A stretch of DNA of 64,000 bases from a virus. Taxonomy: Duplodnaviria; Caudoviricetes. The translations under genes were made by a program, and so were the position numbers. The notes under the pieces are model-generated. The model worked only from the letters and a program-made list of their open reading frames with translations. It searched no databases and was not told the DNA's origin. The DNA lies in the IMG/VR virus record IMGVR_UViG_3300020577_013187, positions 1 through 64,000 of that record. One strand, written 5' to 3'. Below, piece by piece: positions 55,490-63,274 of this stretch (position 1 is the stretch's first letter; each line of letters begins with the position of its first letter).

Positions 55490-56566
55490 TTAATGAAAAT
55501 CAGATTGTTCCTTCAAAAGATAATCATCATTAATTAGTTTAACAAGCTTATGGCCTTCAGGAGAACGAATAACAACACCTTCTTTTACCTTTTGAGCAGA
55601 AGAAAGAACAGAATCACCTGTAGCTAATTTTTTAGCATGGGCTTCATTAAAAGGTCCCTTGTATAAAATAGGAACTAAAGGAAGGTCTCTCTCTTTACAA
55701 AATTTTTCTAAGGTTTCATGATCTTGATAAACACCATTAATCTTTAAATCAAAGATAACAAGTTTTTTTTCAAGAGTCTCACAACCATAATCATAGTTTT
55801 TTTGAACTCCTGAACCATAGACTTCACCATAAATAATTTCACCATGTTTTAACTTTTTTTCAATATCATATTTTTCAACCATTTGATTATAAATATCTTG
55901 CCTATAAAAACCTTTTTTGCCACCACCATTTTGCAGTTGAACATTATGAGAACCATAGCAAAATTGAGTTTTAGGAGCAAGACCAAAAAACTTTTTAATC
56001 TTCTTCCAAATAGTATCAGCATTATAATCGAGAATACCAGCACGCCAATTAGAACCATGGATTTTTTCAGTAATTACACATGATTCACCACTAGTAAAAA
56101 AGTTGTTAAAATTCTTATAGTTTTCAATACTAGTATATTTACTAAAATCAGGATGAACTTGTTTTTTACTGGCTTGCCTTAGATTAGATTGAGGACCTAA
56201 ATCAACAGGCGGCTCATATTTTGTAATACCTAATCTTTCTGTAACATCAGCACCTTCTTTAAATCCAATTAAATCAAGCTCTTGAAGGCTAGTAACTAAT
56301 CCTTGAGATACTAATCCTCTAATTCTTATAGTTCTAATTCTTGATTTTGATAGTTTAATTTTTGAATCAGGAGGAAAGATCTTATTCTCAAGATCTTTTG
56401 GAAGAACTGAATCAATAGGAATATAACAACATAGATCTCCTGTCTTGTAAAGATCTTTTTGAACTACACAGTTCCAACCTTTGATAACCGCTATCTCTAA
56501 TTTTTGAGCATTGGGATGCTCAATTATATTATCTATCTTTAATACTTCAACTTTTAGTGTACTCAT
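55490..56566 (-). CDS. RNA ligase, DRB0094 (Rnl5-like) family
   Basis: N-terminal OB-like domain (HPNAQKLEIA...YIPIDS), motif I TEKIHG, GEVYG, FDL, EGVV, KLIN. Confidence 0.92.
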   Translation of the reverse strand: MSTLKVEVLKIDNIIEHPNAQKLEIAVIKGWNCVVQKDLYKTGDLCCYIPIDSVLPKDLENKIFPPDSKIKLSKSRIRTIRIRGLVSQGLVTSLQELDLIGFKEGADVTERLGITKYEPPVDLGPQSNLRQASKKQVHPDFSKYTSIENYKNFNNFFTSGESCVITEKIHGSNWRAGILDYNADTIWKKIKKFFGLAPKTQFCYGSHNVQLQNGGGKKGFYRQDIYNQMVEKYDIEKKLKHGEIIYGEVYGSGVQKNYDYGCETLEKKLVIFDLKINGVYQDHETLEKFCKERDLPLVPILYKGPFNEAHAKKLATGDSVLSSAQKVKEGVVIRSPEGHKLVKLINDDYLLKEQSDFH

Positions 56567-56648
56567 GATCTTTCCTATAAGATTAGAATGTTTTTATTAT
56601 ATGAAAGATCGTGTGATATTAAATATCTTATTTTGCTGTCAATAAAAA

Positions 56649-56675
56649 ACCCAATAATTTAAAAAATTATTGGGT
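56649..56675 (-). terminator. Intrinsic terminator
   Basis: ACCCAATAATTT/AAATTATTGGGT stem plus T run on minus strand. Confidence 0.75.
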
Positions 56676-56731
56676 CAGTATCTTATTTTGAGTTGTACGA
56701 AATAATCGTACAACTAATTATTCTGCATCAC

Positions 56732-57073
56732 TCATACTATCTCATATATTTTACTAAGACAAATACCACTTAAAGCTTTATTAGACTGAATCTTATACTT
56801 TTGCCATTTTCCAGCATCCTTAGTCATATCTAAGGTAATATCACTCCAAAATTTGTTCCAATTCAAACATTCTTTATTAAACCTAGATATAATGCAAAGA
56901 AGATCTTTAGTTTTTTGCTCATGCCTTTCTTGTTTTAAAACATAAGATCCATTACATTTATTCAAAATATCTAATTCTGAAACATTTACTATATCTAAAG
57001 GAATCAAAAAAAGTTCTATTCCTCCATATCCAGGATCTACGCTGTCATAAGTAATTAGAATATGTTCTCTCAT
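56732..57073 (-). CDS. Hypothetical protein (paralogue family A)
   Basis: MREHILITY...IELFLIPLDIVNVSELDILNKC. Confidence 0.7.
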   Translation of the reverse strand: MREHILITYDSVDPGYGGIELFLIPLDIVNVSELDILNKCNGSYVLKQERHEQKTKDLLCIISRFNKECLNWNKFWSDITLDMTKDAGKWQKYKIQSNKALSGICLSKIYEIV

Positions 57074-57083
57074 ATTTTATCCA

Positions 57084-57269
57084 CTAACAATATAATTTAT
57101 ATATAGACCCAAAAGCTTCTGTAACTTCTGGATCATCAATATATTCTAACAAAAGACCATCAGCTTCTTCATGATTTAACTCAACATCTCCCCCTTCTGT
57201 GGTAGAGTCAGCTATATCTTTTAGTTTTTTGATAAGATCTTCTTTAGTCATTTTTGTTGATTGATTCAT
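57084..57269 (-). CDS. Small acidic hypothetical protein
   Basis: HEEADGLLLEYIDDPEVTEAF. Confidence 0.65.
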   Translation of the reverse strand: MNQSTKMTKEDLIKKLKDIADSTTEGGDVELNHEEADGLLLEYIDDPEVTEAFGSIYKLYC

Positions 57270-57393
57270 AATCTCCTATTCCTTGTTTTATACAAGCTTT
57301 AACTAATTCTAGTAAATTGTCAGCATCTATTAAATCAAGAGCTAGTAGGGGCTCCCTCTCATCAAAATCTTGATCTATAATCTTTTTTCTCAT
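57244..57393 (-). CDS. 49-aa hypothetical protein (not in ORF track)
   Basis: MRKKIIDQDFDEREPLLALDLIDADNLLELVKACIKQGIGDYESINKND; ATGA overlap. Confidence 0.45.
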   Translation of the reverse strand: MRKKIIDQDFDEREPLLALDLIDADNLLELVKACIKQGIGDYESINKND

Positions 57394-57599
57394 GTCTTAA
57401 AATATCTTGAATTGTAAATTGTAATAATATGCTCCCTACGCATCTTAGCTCTTTCTTTGATCCAAAACTTAAGTGACTTCTTAATGGCCCATCTTTCACA
57501 ATCTTTTAAATCTAGTTGATCCCAAGCCAAACGAGCATTATTAATTAAAACAGAATAATCCTTTTCCTGAAGCTCAAATTGTTCTTCATTAGAATTCAT
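57390..57599 (-). CDS. Hypothetical protein
   Basis: AGGGGA RBS downstream of promoter 57625-57653. Confidence 0.6.
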   Translation of the reverse strand: MNSNEEQFELQEKDYSVLINNARLAWDQLDLKDCERWAIKKSLKFWIKERAKMRREHIITIYNSRYFKT

Positions 57600-57624
57600 T
57601 TGATCCCCTTTAGATTATAATTTA

Positions 57625-57653
57625 ATTATACACTAGTCTATCTAACATTTCAA
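57625..57653 (-). promoter_or_regulatory. Phage early-type promoter
   Basis: TTGAAA-17 nt ending AGTG-TATAAT. Confidence 0.7.
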
Positions 57654-57661
57654 GTTTTTTA

Positions 57662-57823
57662 TCAGTCCCAAGAAAAATATCTAAAATAAATAATGCCAAT
57701 GACTCTTTCTTCTTCTTGAATAGAAGGAGTGAGGTCACTCATTCTTTTAGTGATAGAGTCATAGTTAAGAATTAAAACAAAACAGAGAAATAACAGGATG
57801 AGCGGAGCAATGGGGCTCTTCAT
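57662..57823 (-). CDS. 53-aa membrane protein (not in ORF track)
   Basis: MKSPIAPLILLFLCFVLILNY...; GAGGA RBS. Confidence 0.6.
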   Translation of the reverse strand: MKSPIAPLILLFLCFVLILNYDSITKRMSDLTPSIQEEERVIGIIYFRYFSWD

Positions 57824-57926
57824 AAAATCCTCAAATTAAATGGGGTTAAAAAACTAGGTAACGATATATTTCGGTGTACCACTCCAAAAAAAAATATAAT
57901 TTTTACTGTACAAATATTTTTAAGAC

Positions 57927-58067
57927 TTAAATGCTTTTGTCGTGATTTGCAAGGTTATTCAGAGCTTTAATTCTGCCCTCTTGCATCTCTTTACCTATCT
58001 CATCCAAAGTCTTTTTCTTCTTAACTTTCTCTTTGGGTTTAGGTTTAGAGTTTTCTTTCTTTTTCAT
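57927..58067 (-). CDS. 46-aa Lys-rich transposon passenger peptide
   Basis: MKKKENSKPKPKEKVKKKKTLDEIGKEMQEGRIKALNNLANHDKSI; TAATG overlap. Confidence 0.55.
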   Translation of the reverse strand: MKKKENSKPKPKEKVKKKKTLDEIGKEMQEGRIKALNNLANHDKSI

Positions 58068-58201
58068 TAGTTAGGTAGTTTGGGCTTCTTCAATAAAGGT
58101 TTTAGCATCTTTTTAAGGTCAATGTTTTTGCCCTGCTCATACTTTGCTATAAGTTCTTTATCTGTTAGCCCTTTTACTGGCTTTGGCTGCTTTGCTTTCA
58201 T
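58067..58201 (-). CDS. 44-aa Lys-rich transposon passenger peptide
   Basis: MKAKQPKPVKGLTDKELIAKYEQGKNIDLKKMLKPLLKKPKLPN; starts 1 nt after the HNH stop. Confidence 0.55.
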   Translation of the reverse strand: MKAKQPKPVKGLTDKELIAKYEQGKNIDLKKMLKPLLKKPKLPN

Positions 58202-58202
58202 C

Positions 58203-59321
58203 TTAAATGTAGTAACCTTTAAGTTTGTCAAAAGTTAATTCCAGTCCGCATTTTTTCAATGCGTCTTTTTTCTTTTCATATAGGATTTTTAACCTCTTTA
58301 TTTTTTCTTCCTCCCTGCCAAGATGAACTGCTCTGTGGCAAGTAGGGCAAAGTGAAGTTATATTTTCCTCTCTGTCAATATTTGTTGGCAGTAAAGTATC
58401 TTGAAAAGCCATTGGTATTAAATGATGGCTTTCTGAAAAGTTAATTCCTCTTTTTGTAAAGAAAGTCATGTGTCCTGCATCAATTTCACAGGCATAATCT
58501 ACCTTAGAAAGAGCAGTTTTAGCTAATCTCGAATTAGTTTTGAATGACTTTCTTCCTGCTCCTAAAACCAATACTGGTACTCTATTGTTTTGCTTATCCA
58601 ATTCACTTGCAGCAAGTGGTTTTACATTTTGAATTTTAAGTTGGTCGGTCAAATCAAAATCGTCTGCGTGTTTCTTTTGAGTGAGTAGAAATTCCTCAAC
58701 TATGGATTTAGGCACAACTCTTACAGCAGTCTTTTCAAGAAAATGAACCTCTAAAAAATAGTACCTACCAAAACAAATATCCGATAGATATTGGATAGTA
58801 CTTTGATTCTTTAATTGATATACATATTTTCCAATAAAATCACTTTCTGTACTGTAATATTTTAAGGCTTTATTTTTTGTAATAGAATGCGCTGCTTGTC
58901 TTGACCTCATAAAGTTATATTCCTTTACAAAGAATAGAACTAATGATATGTAAAAATATTCAGGATTTATATTATCCGAAAAAGTGAGAGTATTTACATC
59001 ATCAAAAATCATTTCAAGGCAGGTTTTTCTATAAGCCTTGTTGTTTTTGAACTTCACCAATGAATCTACCTGAGATGAAATATAACTCATTATTCCATCG
59101 CTTTCTTTGCCATCCGAATATTTAAAATGCTCCCCAACGAAAGTCATTACCTCTTTCTTAAATGAGGGTGTATCTGTTAGCATAGATGAACCCGCATTAT
59201 GAACAGCTTGATTGCCTATTCCTAATGGATTGAAGTCTTTGAATGCCATGAAACTACCTATGTTCATTCTTTGGGGTTCTACTATTTCTAATTCTTTAGA
59301 GGGGAAGAGATGCTCTATCAT
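58203..59321 (-). CDS. HNH endonuclease (restriction-type)
   Basis: YACE...ESHHLIPM...ENITSLCPTCHRAVH. Confidence 0.9.
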   Translation of the reverse strand: MIEHLFPSKELEIVEPQRMNIGSFMAFKDFNPLGIGNQAVHNAGSSMLTDTPSFKKEVMTFVGEHFKYSDGKESDGIMSYISSQVDSLVKFKNNKAYRKTCLEMIFDDVNTLTFSDNINPEYFYISLVLFFVKEYNFMRSRQAAHSITKNKALKYYSTESDFIGKYVYQLKNQSTIQYLSDICFGRYYFLEVHFLEKTAVRVVPKSIVEEFLLTQKKHADDFDLTDQLKIQNVKPLAASELDKQNNRVPVLVLGAGRKSFKTNSRLAKTALSKVDYACEIDAGHMTFFTKRGINFSESHHLIPMAFQDTLLPTNIDREENITSLCPTCHRAVHLGREEEKIKRLKILYEKKKDALKKCGLELTFDKLKGYYI

Positions 59322-60448
59322 AGATTCAAATACTCAATATTATTTGGCGAATATGCAAATAAATTGGTATTCTTTTCTTTAGATAGGTTTTCTATTCTTT
59401 TCTTCATTATTTTGTAAGGCTCATCATATTTTTCCACGATATAGCAACTTCTGTTTTTCTTCATTGCAACTGCAAGGGTAGTTCCACTACCTCCAAACAG
59501 GTCAATTACTAAATCATTTTCTTTTGTAGCTATATCAATAAGCCATGCTATAAGCCTTTCAGGTTTTTTAGAATCTTTAAAATCACAACCATCACCACCC
59601 TCTTTGTGTGTATTGGTTACTTCATCTGTAAAGTCTAAATCATTGCAGGGTAAAATAGGTCTGCCTGCTCCATAACTGGATTGATAATATACTCCACTTT
59701 GTCTTTTATCATTTTGAGTTTGGAACCATCTGTAACCGTTACCACCATTTTCCAAACCATTAACCTTGATTAATTTGTCGTCACCAAGTTTGCGTAAATG
59801 AGTTTCAAACCATTCTCCTGACCAATTTGCAGTCTTAATTTTACCTGCAATTATATACCTTCTTAAATCTTCTTTTGTACCCGTACCCTTTACAATTTCA
59901 TACTGCTCCTTATCGTAAATTTCTACCTCTTTACCATTCAGGATTTTTTTCACAGGGTTCTTATCCTTAATCTTTATTTTGTAGTTGAACTTCTCAATTT
60001 TAGGGTCTTTGTAATCACAATAGAAACGAGTAGTTTTTGTTTTTCTGTAAATAAGGATATATTCATAAACATCGTGGTATGTAGCATTAATCATTAGCTG
60101 CCTATCCTTGTGCCTTATTTTTATAGGGAATAATCCAACAAAATTTGCCTCTGTAAAAAAGGTATCAATTATGTTTTTAAGATTGAACAATTTCATTTGA
60201 TTAATCGAAACAGCAAGGAATCCATCATTGTCAAGCATTTCATAGCAGTCATTAATTACTTGCTCAATAAATAATGACCACAATACGTTACTGTCATTGT
60301 AATATTTTCTTGCCCCTCTATTTCTTCGTGAATTATAAGGTGGGTCAAGGTAAATCAACTTAGCTTTTTTTTCTAAGTCTTTTTTATGGGTTTTATAGAG
60401 ATTGCGGGAATCTCCTAAAATAACTTTGTATTTGTTTTTACTTTTCAT
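59318..60448 (-). CDS. Beta-class amino (N6A/N4C) DNA methyltransferase
   Basis: LIYLDPPY precedes KKPERL and DLFGGSGTT. Confidence 0.92.
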   Translation of the reverse strand: MKSKNKYKVILGDSRNLYKTHKKDLEKKAKLIYLDPPYNSRRNRGARKYYNDSNVLWSLFIEQVINDCYEMLDNDGFLAVSINQMKLFNLKNIIDTFFTEANFVGLFPIKIRHKDRQLMINATYHDVYEYILIYRKTKTTRFYCDYKDPKIEKFNYKIKIKDKNPVKKILNGKEVEIYDKEQYEIVKGTGTKEDLRRYIIAGKIKTANWSGEWFETHLRKLGDDKLIKVNGLENGGNGYRWFQTQNDKRQSGVYYQSSYGAGRPILPCNDLDFTDEVTNTHKEGGDGCDFKDSKKPERLIAWLIDIATKENDLVIDLFGGSGTTLAVAMKKNRSCYIVEKYDEPYKIMKKRIENLSKEKNTNLFAYSPNNIEYLNL

Positions 60449-61398
60449 TTTTGGATTAATTCTTTGTAGGTCAACCTATCTTCTGCATTAAGCAGGGATA
60501 AAGAAAACCTGTTACCGTCTGTCGTTTTACGAGTATTGTATCTGTATGCAAACTCATCACAGTATTTATTCAGGTGTTTTGCGCTTGCAGAATGATAGAT
60601 TCCAAAGATTCCTCTTTTCATCAAACTCCAAAAGCCTTCGATACCGTTGGTATGGAAATTATTGTCATTAATAAATTGCCCTTCGTTGTGTTTCAAAACT
60701 TCGTGTTGGTAGTCCTTGTTCAATCCGTTGTAAGCTGTCCATTCATCCGTTACCATAATTGCGCCTTTTTCTACCATAGATGCAATGATAGGCTTTAAAG
60801 TCTTTGATTTTGTATCAGGCACAACAGAAATATTAACTAAACCGCTGTTTAAAAGACCAAACACGGGAGTTTTATCTTTTGTGCTGCGCCCCTGTGATTC
60901 TTTAACCTTTTTTGAAGCGTGACGATTTTTGTTTTTCCCTCCAAAATAACTTTCATCTGCCTGTGTCGGTGTGCTACCAAATTTCACTTTAGTTTTTACC
61001 TTAAATGAATTTCTTAACCGACCTAAAACAAACCATGCAGTTTTTTGAGTAATCCCCAAATCCCTTGCAAGTTGGTGTGAAGAAATACCTTTTTTGTGTG
61101 AAGCGAAAATGTAGGTAGCAATAAACCACTTTCTAAGTGGCAAGTGCGAACCTTCAAACATAGTTCCAACGGTTACAGTAAATCGCTCCCTGCAATCCTT
61201 GCATTTTCTTAAACCCTTAAACTCACCTTTTGTTTTCAATTCGTAGTGTGCTTTGTTTTTGCTTCCGCAATGAGGACAAACTGGCTCCCCGTTCCATCTT
61301 AACTGCTCTAAAAATAATCTGCATTCTGTTTCAGTATTAAGTACTGATAACATTTCTGTGAAAGACTTGAATGCTGTGGGTTGTACTGACTTTTTCAT
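60445..61398 (-). CDS. IS1595-family (ISXO2-like) transposase
   Basis: Zn ribbon CPHC...CKDC, HTH, QADESY, MVTDEW, HTNGIEGFWS, EFAYRYN. Confidence 0.96.
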   Translation of the reverse strand: MKKSVQPTAFKSFTEMLSVLNTETECRLFLEQLRWNGEPVCPHCGSKNKAHYELKTKGEFKGLRKCKDCRERFTVTVGTMFEGSHLPLRKWFIATYIFASHKKGISSHQLARDLGITQKTAWFVLGRLRNSFKVKTKVKFGSTPTQADESYFGGKNKNRHASKKVKESQGRSTKDKTPVFGLLNSGLVNISVVPDTKSKTLKPIIASMVEKGAIMVTDEWTAYNGLNKDYQHEVLKHNEGQFINDNNFHTNGIEGFWSLMKRGIFGIYHSASAKHLNKYCDEFAYRYNTRKTTDGNRFSLSLLNAEDRLTYKELIQK

Positions 61399-61469
61399 AT
61401 ATTCGTGCTTTAATTACAGTACAAATATAAGTCAAATAATTGGTACATCCAAATATATCGTTACCAAAA

Positions 61470-61497
61470 ACTATATCAGATTTTAAGATTTTTTCAA
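61470..61497 (-). promoter_or_regulatory. Phage promoter whose -10 overlaps the transposon target site
   Basis: TTGAAA-16 nt-TATAGT; TSD (TAGTTTTT on minus) shares the last four -10 bases. Confidence 0.65.
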
Positions 61498-61505
61498 GAA
61501 GAAAA

Positions 61506-61537
61506 AGTGTCCCACTATTTAAACTTTATGGGACACT
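61506..61537 (-). terminator. Intrinsic terminator
   Basis: AGTGTCCCA/TGGGACACT stem plus TTTTT on minus strand. Confidence 0.7.
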
Positions 61538-61566
61538 AGATAGGCTAGTGTATGGTGAGCAGGACA

Positions 61567-61830
61567 CTATCTCTCTATAGCTTTACTAAAAACCATTATC
61601 AGAGCATGATTCATAATGGAAGCCTTATGACACAAAATCCAGCCCTCAGTTTGTAAAGATTTTTTAAAATCATGAGCTAGATCAATAAACTTTTCATTAA
61701 TGACAGTTATCTCACAAACATAGTGAGTTCTTGAGACATTAACATTCAGAATAATATCGTCTCGATAACTCTGAGCTCTTAATAACTCTAACATAGCCTT
61801 TATTTTGACAGGTAAAATAGAAGTATTCAT
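61567..61830 (-). CDS. Hypothetical protein
   Basis: 87-aa ORF. Confidence 0.6.
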   Translation of the reverse strand: MNTSILPVKIKAMLELLRAQSYRDDIILNVNVSRTHYVCEITVINEKFIDLAHDFKKSLQTEGWILCHKASIMNHALIMVFSKAIER

Positions 61831-61839
61831 ATAGATGAG

Positions 61840-62118
61840 CTATTCACAAACTCTTGTTTCTAGCAAGAAAAAATCACCTAAAATGCCACCCTCAATTTTT
61901 TTATTAGGATAAAGTCTAAATTCATAAAAATAATTATCAGCTATCTCTTCTTTTAATTGTGACTCCTCATCTGTAAGCTCTTCATCTTTATAAATCTTTT
62001 TAAGAAGATCGAGCTCGTCCTTATTCATTTCATTTTTAGGAATAAGATAATAATGACTTCTTAAACCATTGTCTCGTTCAACTGTCTCTCTGATTTCTAA
62101 AAAAATGTATTCTTTCAT
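61840..62118 (-). CDS. Hypothetical protein (paralogue family A, distant)
   Basis: MKEYIFLEI...YYLIPKNEMNKDELDLLKK. Confidence 0.65.
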   Translation of the reverse strand: MKEYIFLEIRETVERDNGLRSHYYLIPKNEMNKDELDLLKKIYKDEELTDEESQLKEEIADNYFYEFRLYPNKKIEGGILGDFFLLETRVCE

Positions 62119-62327
62119 ATTTTATCCTTTTTGGCAAAACCTCTTTTTATTAAATCTTCTTCTGTTTGACTAAGACTATTAAACCATTCATCTTCTTGAA
62201 TACTGCCATCGCTCATAGTCCAGATATGCCTCTGAAGAGGCAATCTGGGTTGAGTCATATCAACTTCTATTCTATAGCTTTTAAAACTATAATGAGGAAA
62301 TAGGATTTGTGGAGAAGTAAAAATCAT
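62115..62327 (-). CDS. Hypothetical protein
   Basis: 70-aa ORF with ATGA overlap. Confidence 0.6.
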   Translation of the reverse strand: MIFTSPQILFPHYSFKSYRIEVDMTQPRLPLQRHIWTMSDGSIQEDEWFNSLSQTEEDLIKRGFAKKDKI

Positions 62328-62335
62328 TGTTTTCT

Positions 62336-62611
62336 TTAATCAATATTGTTTTTAACTAATTCTCTAGTCCAATCAAAAGATCTTACTGGTCTTAAGATAC
62401 AAGCATTATATTGAGTATAGGATGGTTCCCAACCAAGGATTGAATTAATTTCATTCGCTAATTCATCAGTAGCTTTTGAGTCACAATTGCCATATCCATT
62501 ATTCTCATAATATCCAACACAAATTTTTACTTGATCACGACTAATTTCAATTGTTTGATTAATATTGAAACCTGATTTTTCCAGTAACTTTTGAATTTGT
62601 CTTGAAGTCAT
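62336..62611 (-). CDS. Hypothetical protein
   Basis: AGGAG RBS after promoter 62651-62678. Confidence 0.7.
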   Translation of the reverse strand: MTSRQIQKLLEKSGFNINQTIEISRDQVKICVGYYENNGYGNCDSKATDELANEINSILGWEPSYTQYNACILRPVRSFDWTRELVKNNID

Positions 62612-62650
62612 TTTGATATCTCCTATTTGTTGTGTTCAACTTATAAATTA

Positions 62651-62678
62651 AATATACACTATCTTAAAAATAAGTCAA
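62651..62678 (-). promoter_or_regulatory. Phage early-type promoter
   Basis: TTGACT-16 nt ending GATAGTG-TATATT. Confidence 0.75.
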
Positions 62679-62700
62679 CACTATTTTAAAATAAAAGATA

Positions 62701-62907
62701 CTATTTTTTATTTTTAGCAAAATTATTACAAATGGCAATTGCCCTATCTAATACAAAAGAAAATCCAACTTCAATAGAATGAGTGACTTCACATTTATAA
62801 ATTTTATACCCAGGGAAAGAAAACTTATTACCTTTTTGGATGCCTTTTACTTTATCAGCACAGACCCAATAATCACCATTTTGATGCAAGATATCTGATT
62901 CTTTCAT
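62701..62907 (-). CDS. Hypothetical protein
   Basis: Start trimmed to MKESDILHQNGDYWV. Confidence 0.6.
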   Translation of the reverse strand: MKESDILHQNGDYWVCADKVKGIQKGNKFSFPGYKIYKCEVTHSIEVGFSFVLDRAIAICNNFAKNKK

Positions 62908-62908
62908 A

Positions 62909-63172
62909 TTAGTTATTAGCTTTAAAGTTTGTAATTTCAAAGCTACCATTATGAAAAACTTTAATTACTTTGCCTCTTGCATGCTCTTTTAAAAAACTAT
63001 CCCATAGTCTAAAAATTATACCATCATTTGTAGAATCATAATGCCCAAACGATCCTTCTAAAGTTATATCAAAAGTACTATCATTATATTTAAAACCTTT
63101 TTTAATCAATTTATGAATTGCATTTGATAATTCTAAATTCTGACCTAATTTCTTATAAAGATAAATAATCAT
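62909..63172 (-). CDS. Hypothetical protein
   Basis: Start trimmed to MIIYLYKK with AAGGA RBS. Confidence 0.6.
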   Translation of the reverse strand: MIIYLYKKLGQNLELSNAIHKLIKKGFKYNDSTFDITLEGSFGHYDSTNDGIIFRLWDSFLKEHARGKVIKVFHNGSFEITNFKANN

Positions 63173-63221
63173 TTTCTTATCCTTTTTTTGAGTTGCTTGA
63201 TTGCCTCTCAATTATATATTA

Positions 63222-63249
63222 ACTATACACTACTTTAAAAAATAGTCAA
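63222..63249 (-). promoter_or_regulatory. Phage early-type promoter
   Basis: TTGACT-16 nt ending AGTAGTG-TATAGT. Confidence 0.75.
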
Positions 63250-63274
63250 TACATTATTTAATAAAAAGGTAAAA

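Larger units (their letters stand above)
57857..61465 (-). mobile_element. IS1595-family transposon with passenger genes (3609 bp)
   Basis: 25-bp TIRs GGTAACGATATATTT(CGG/GGA)TGTACCA, 23/25 identical; 8-bp TSD AAAAACTA at 57849-57856 and 61466-61473; contains transposase, MTase, HNH and two small ORFs. Confidence 0.95.
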
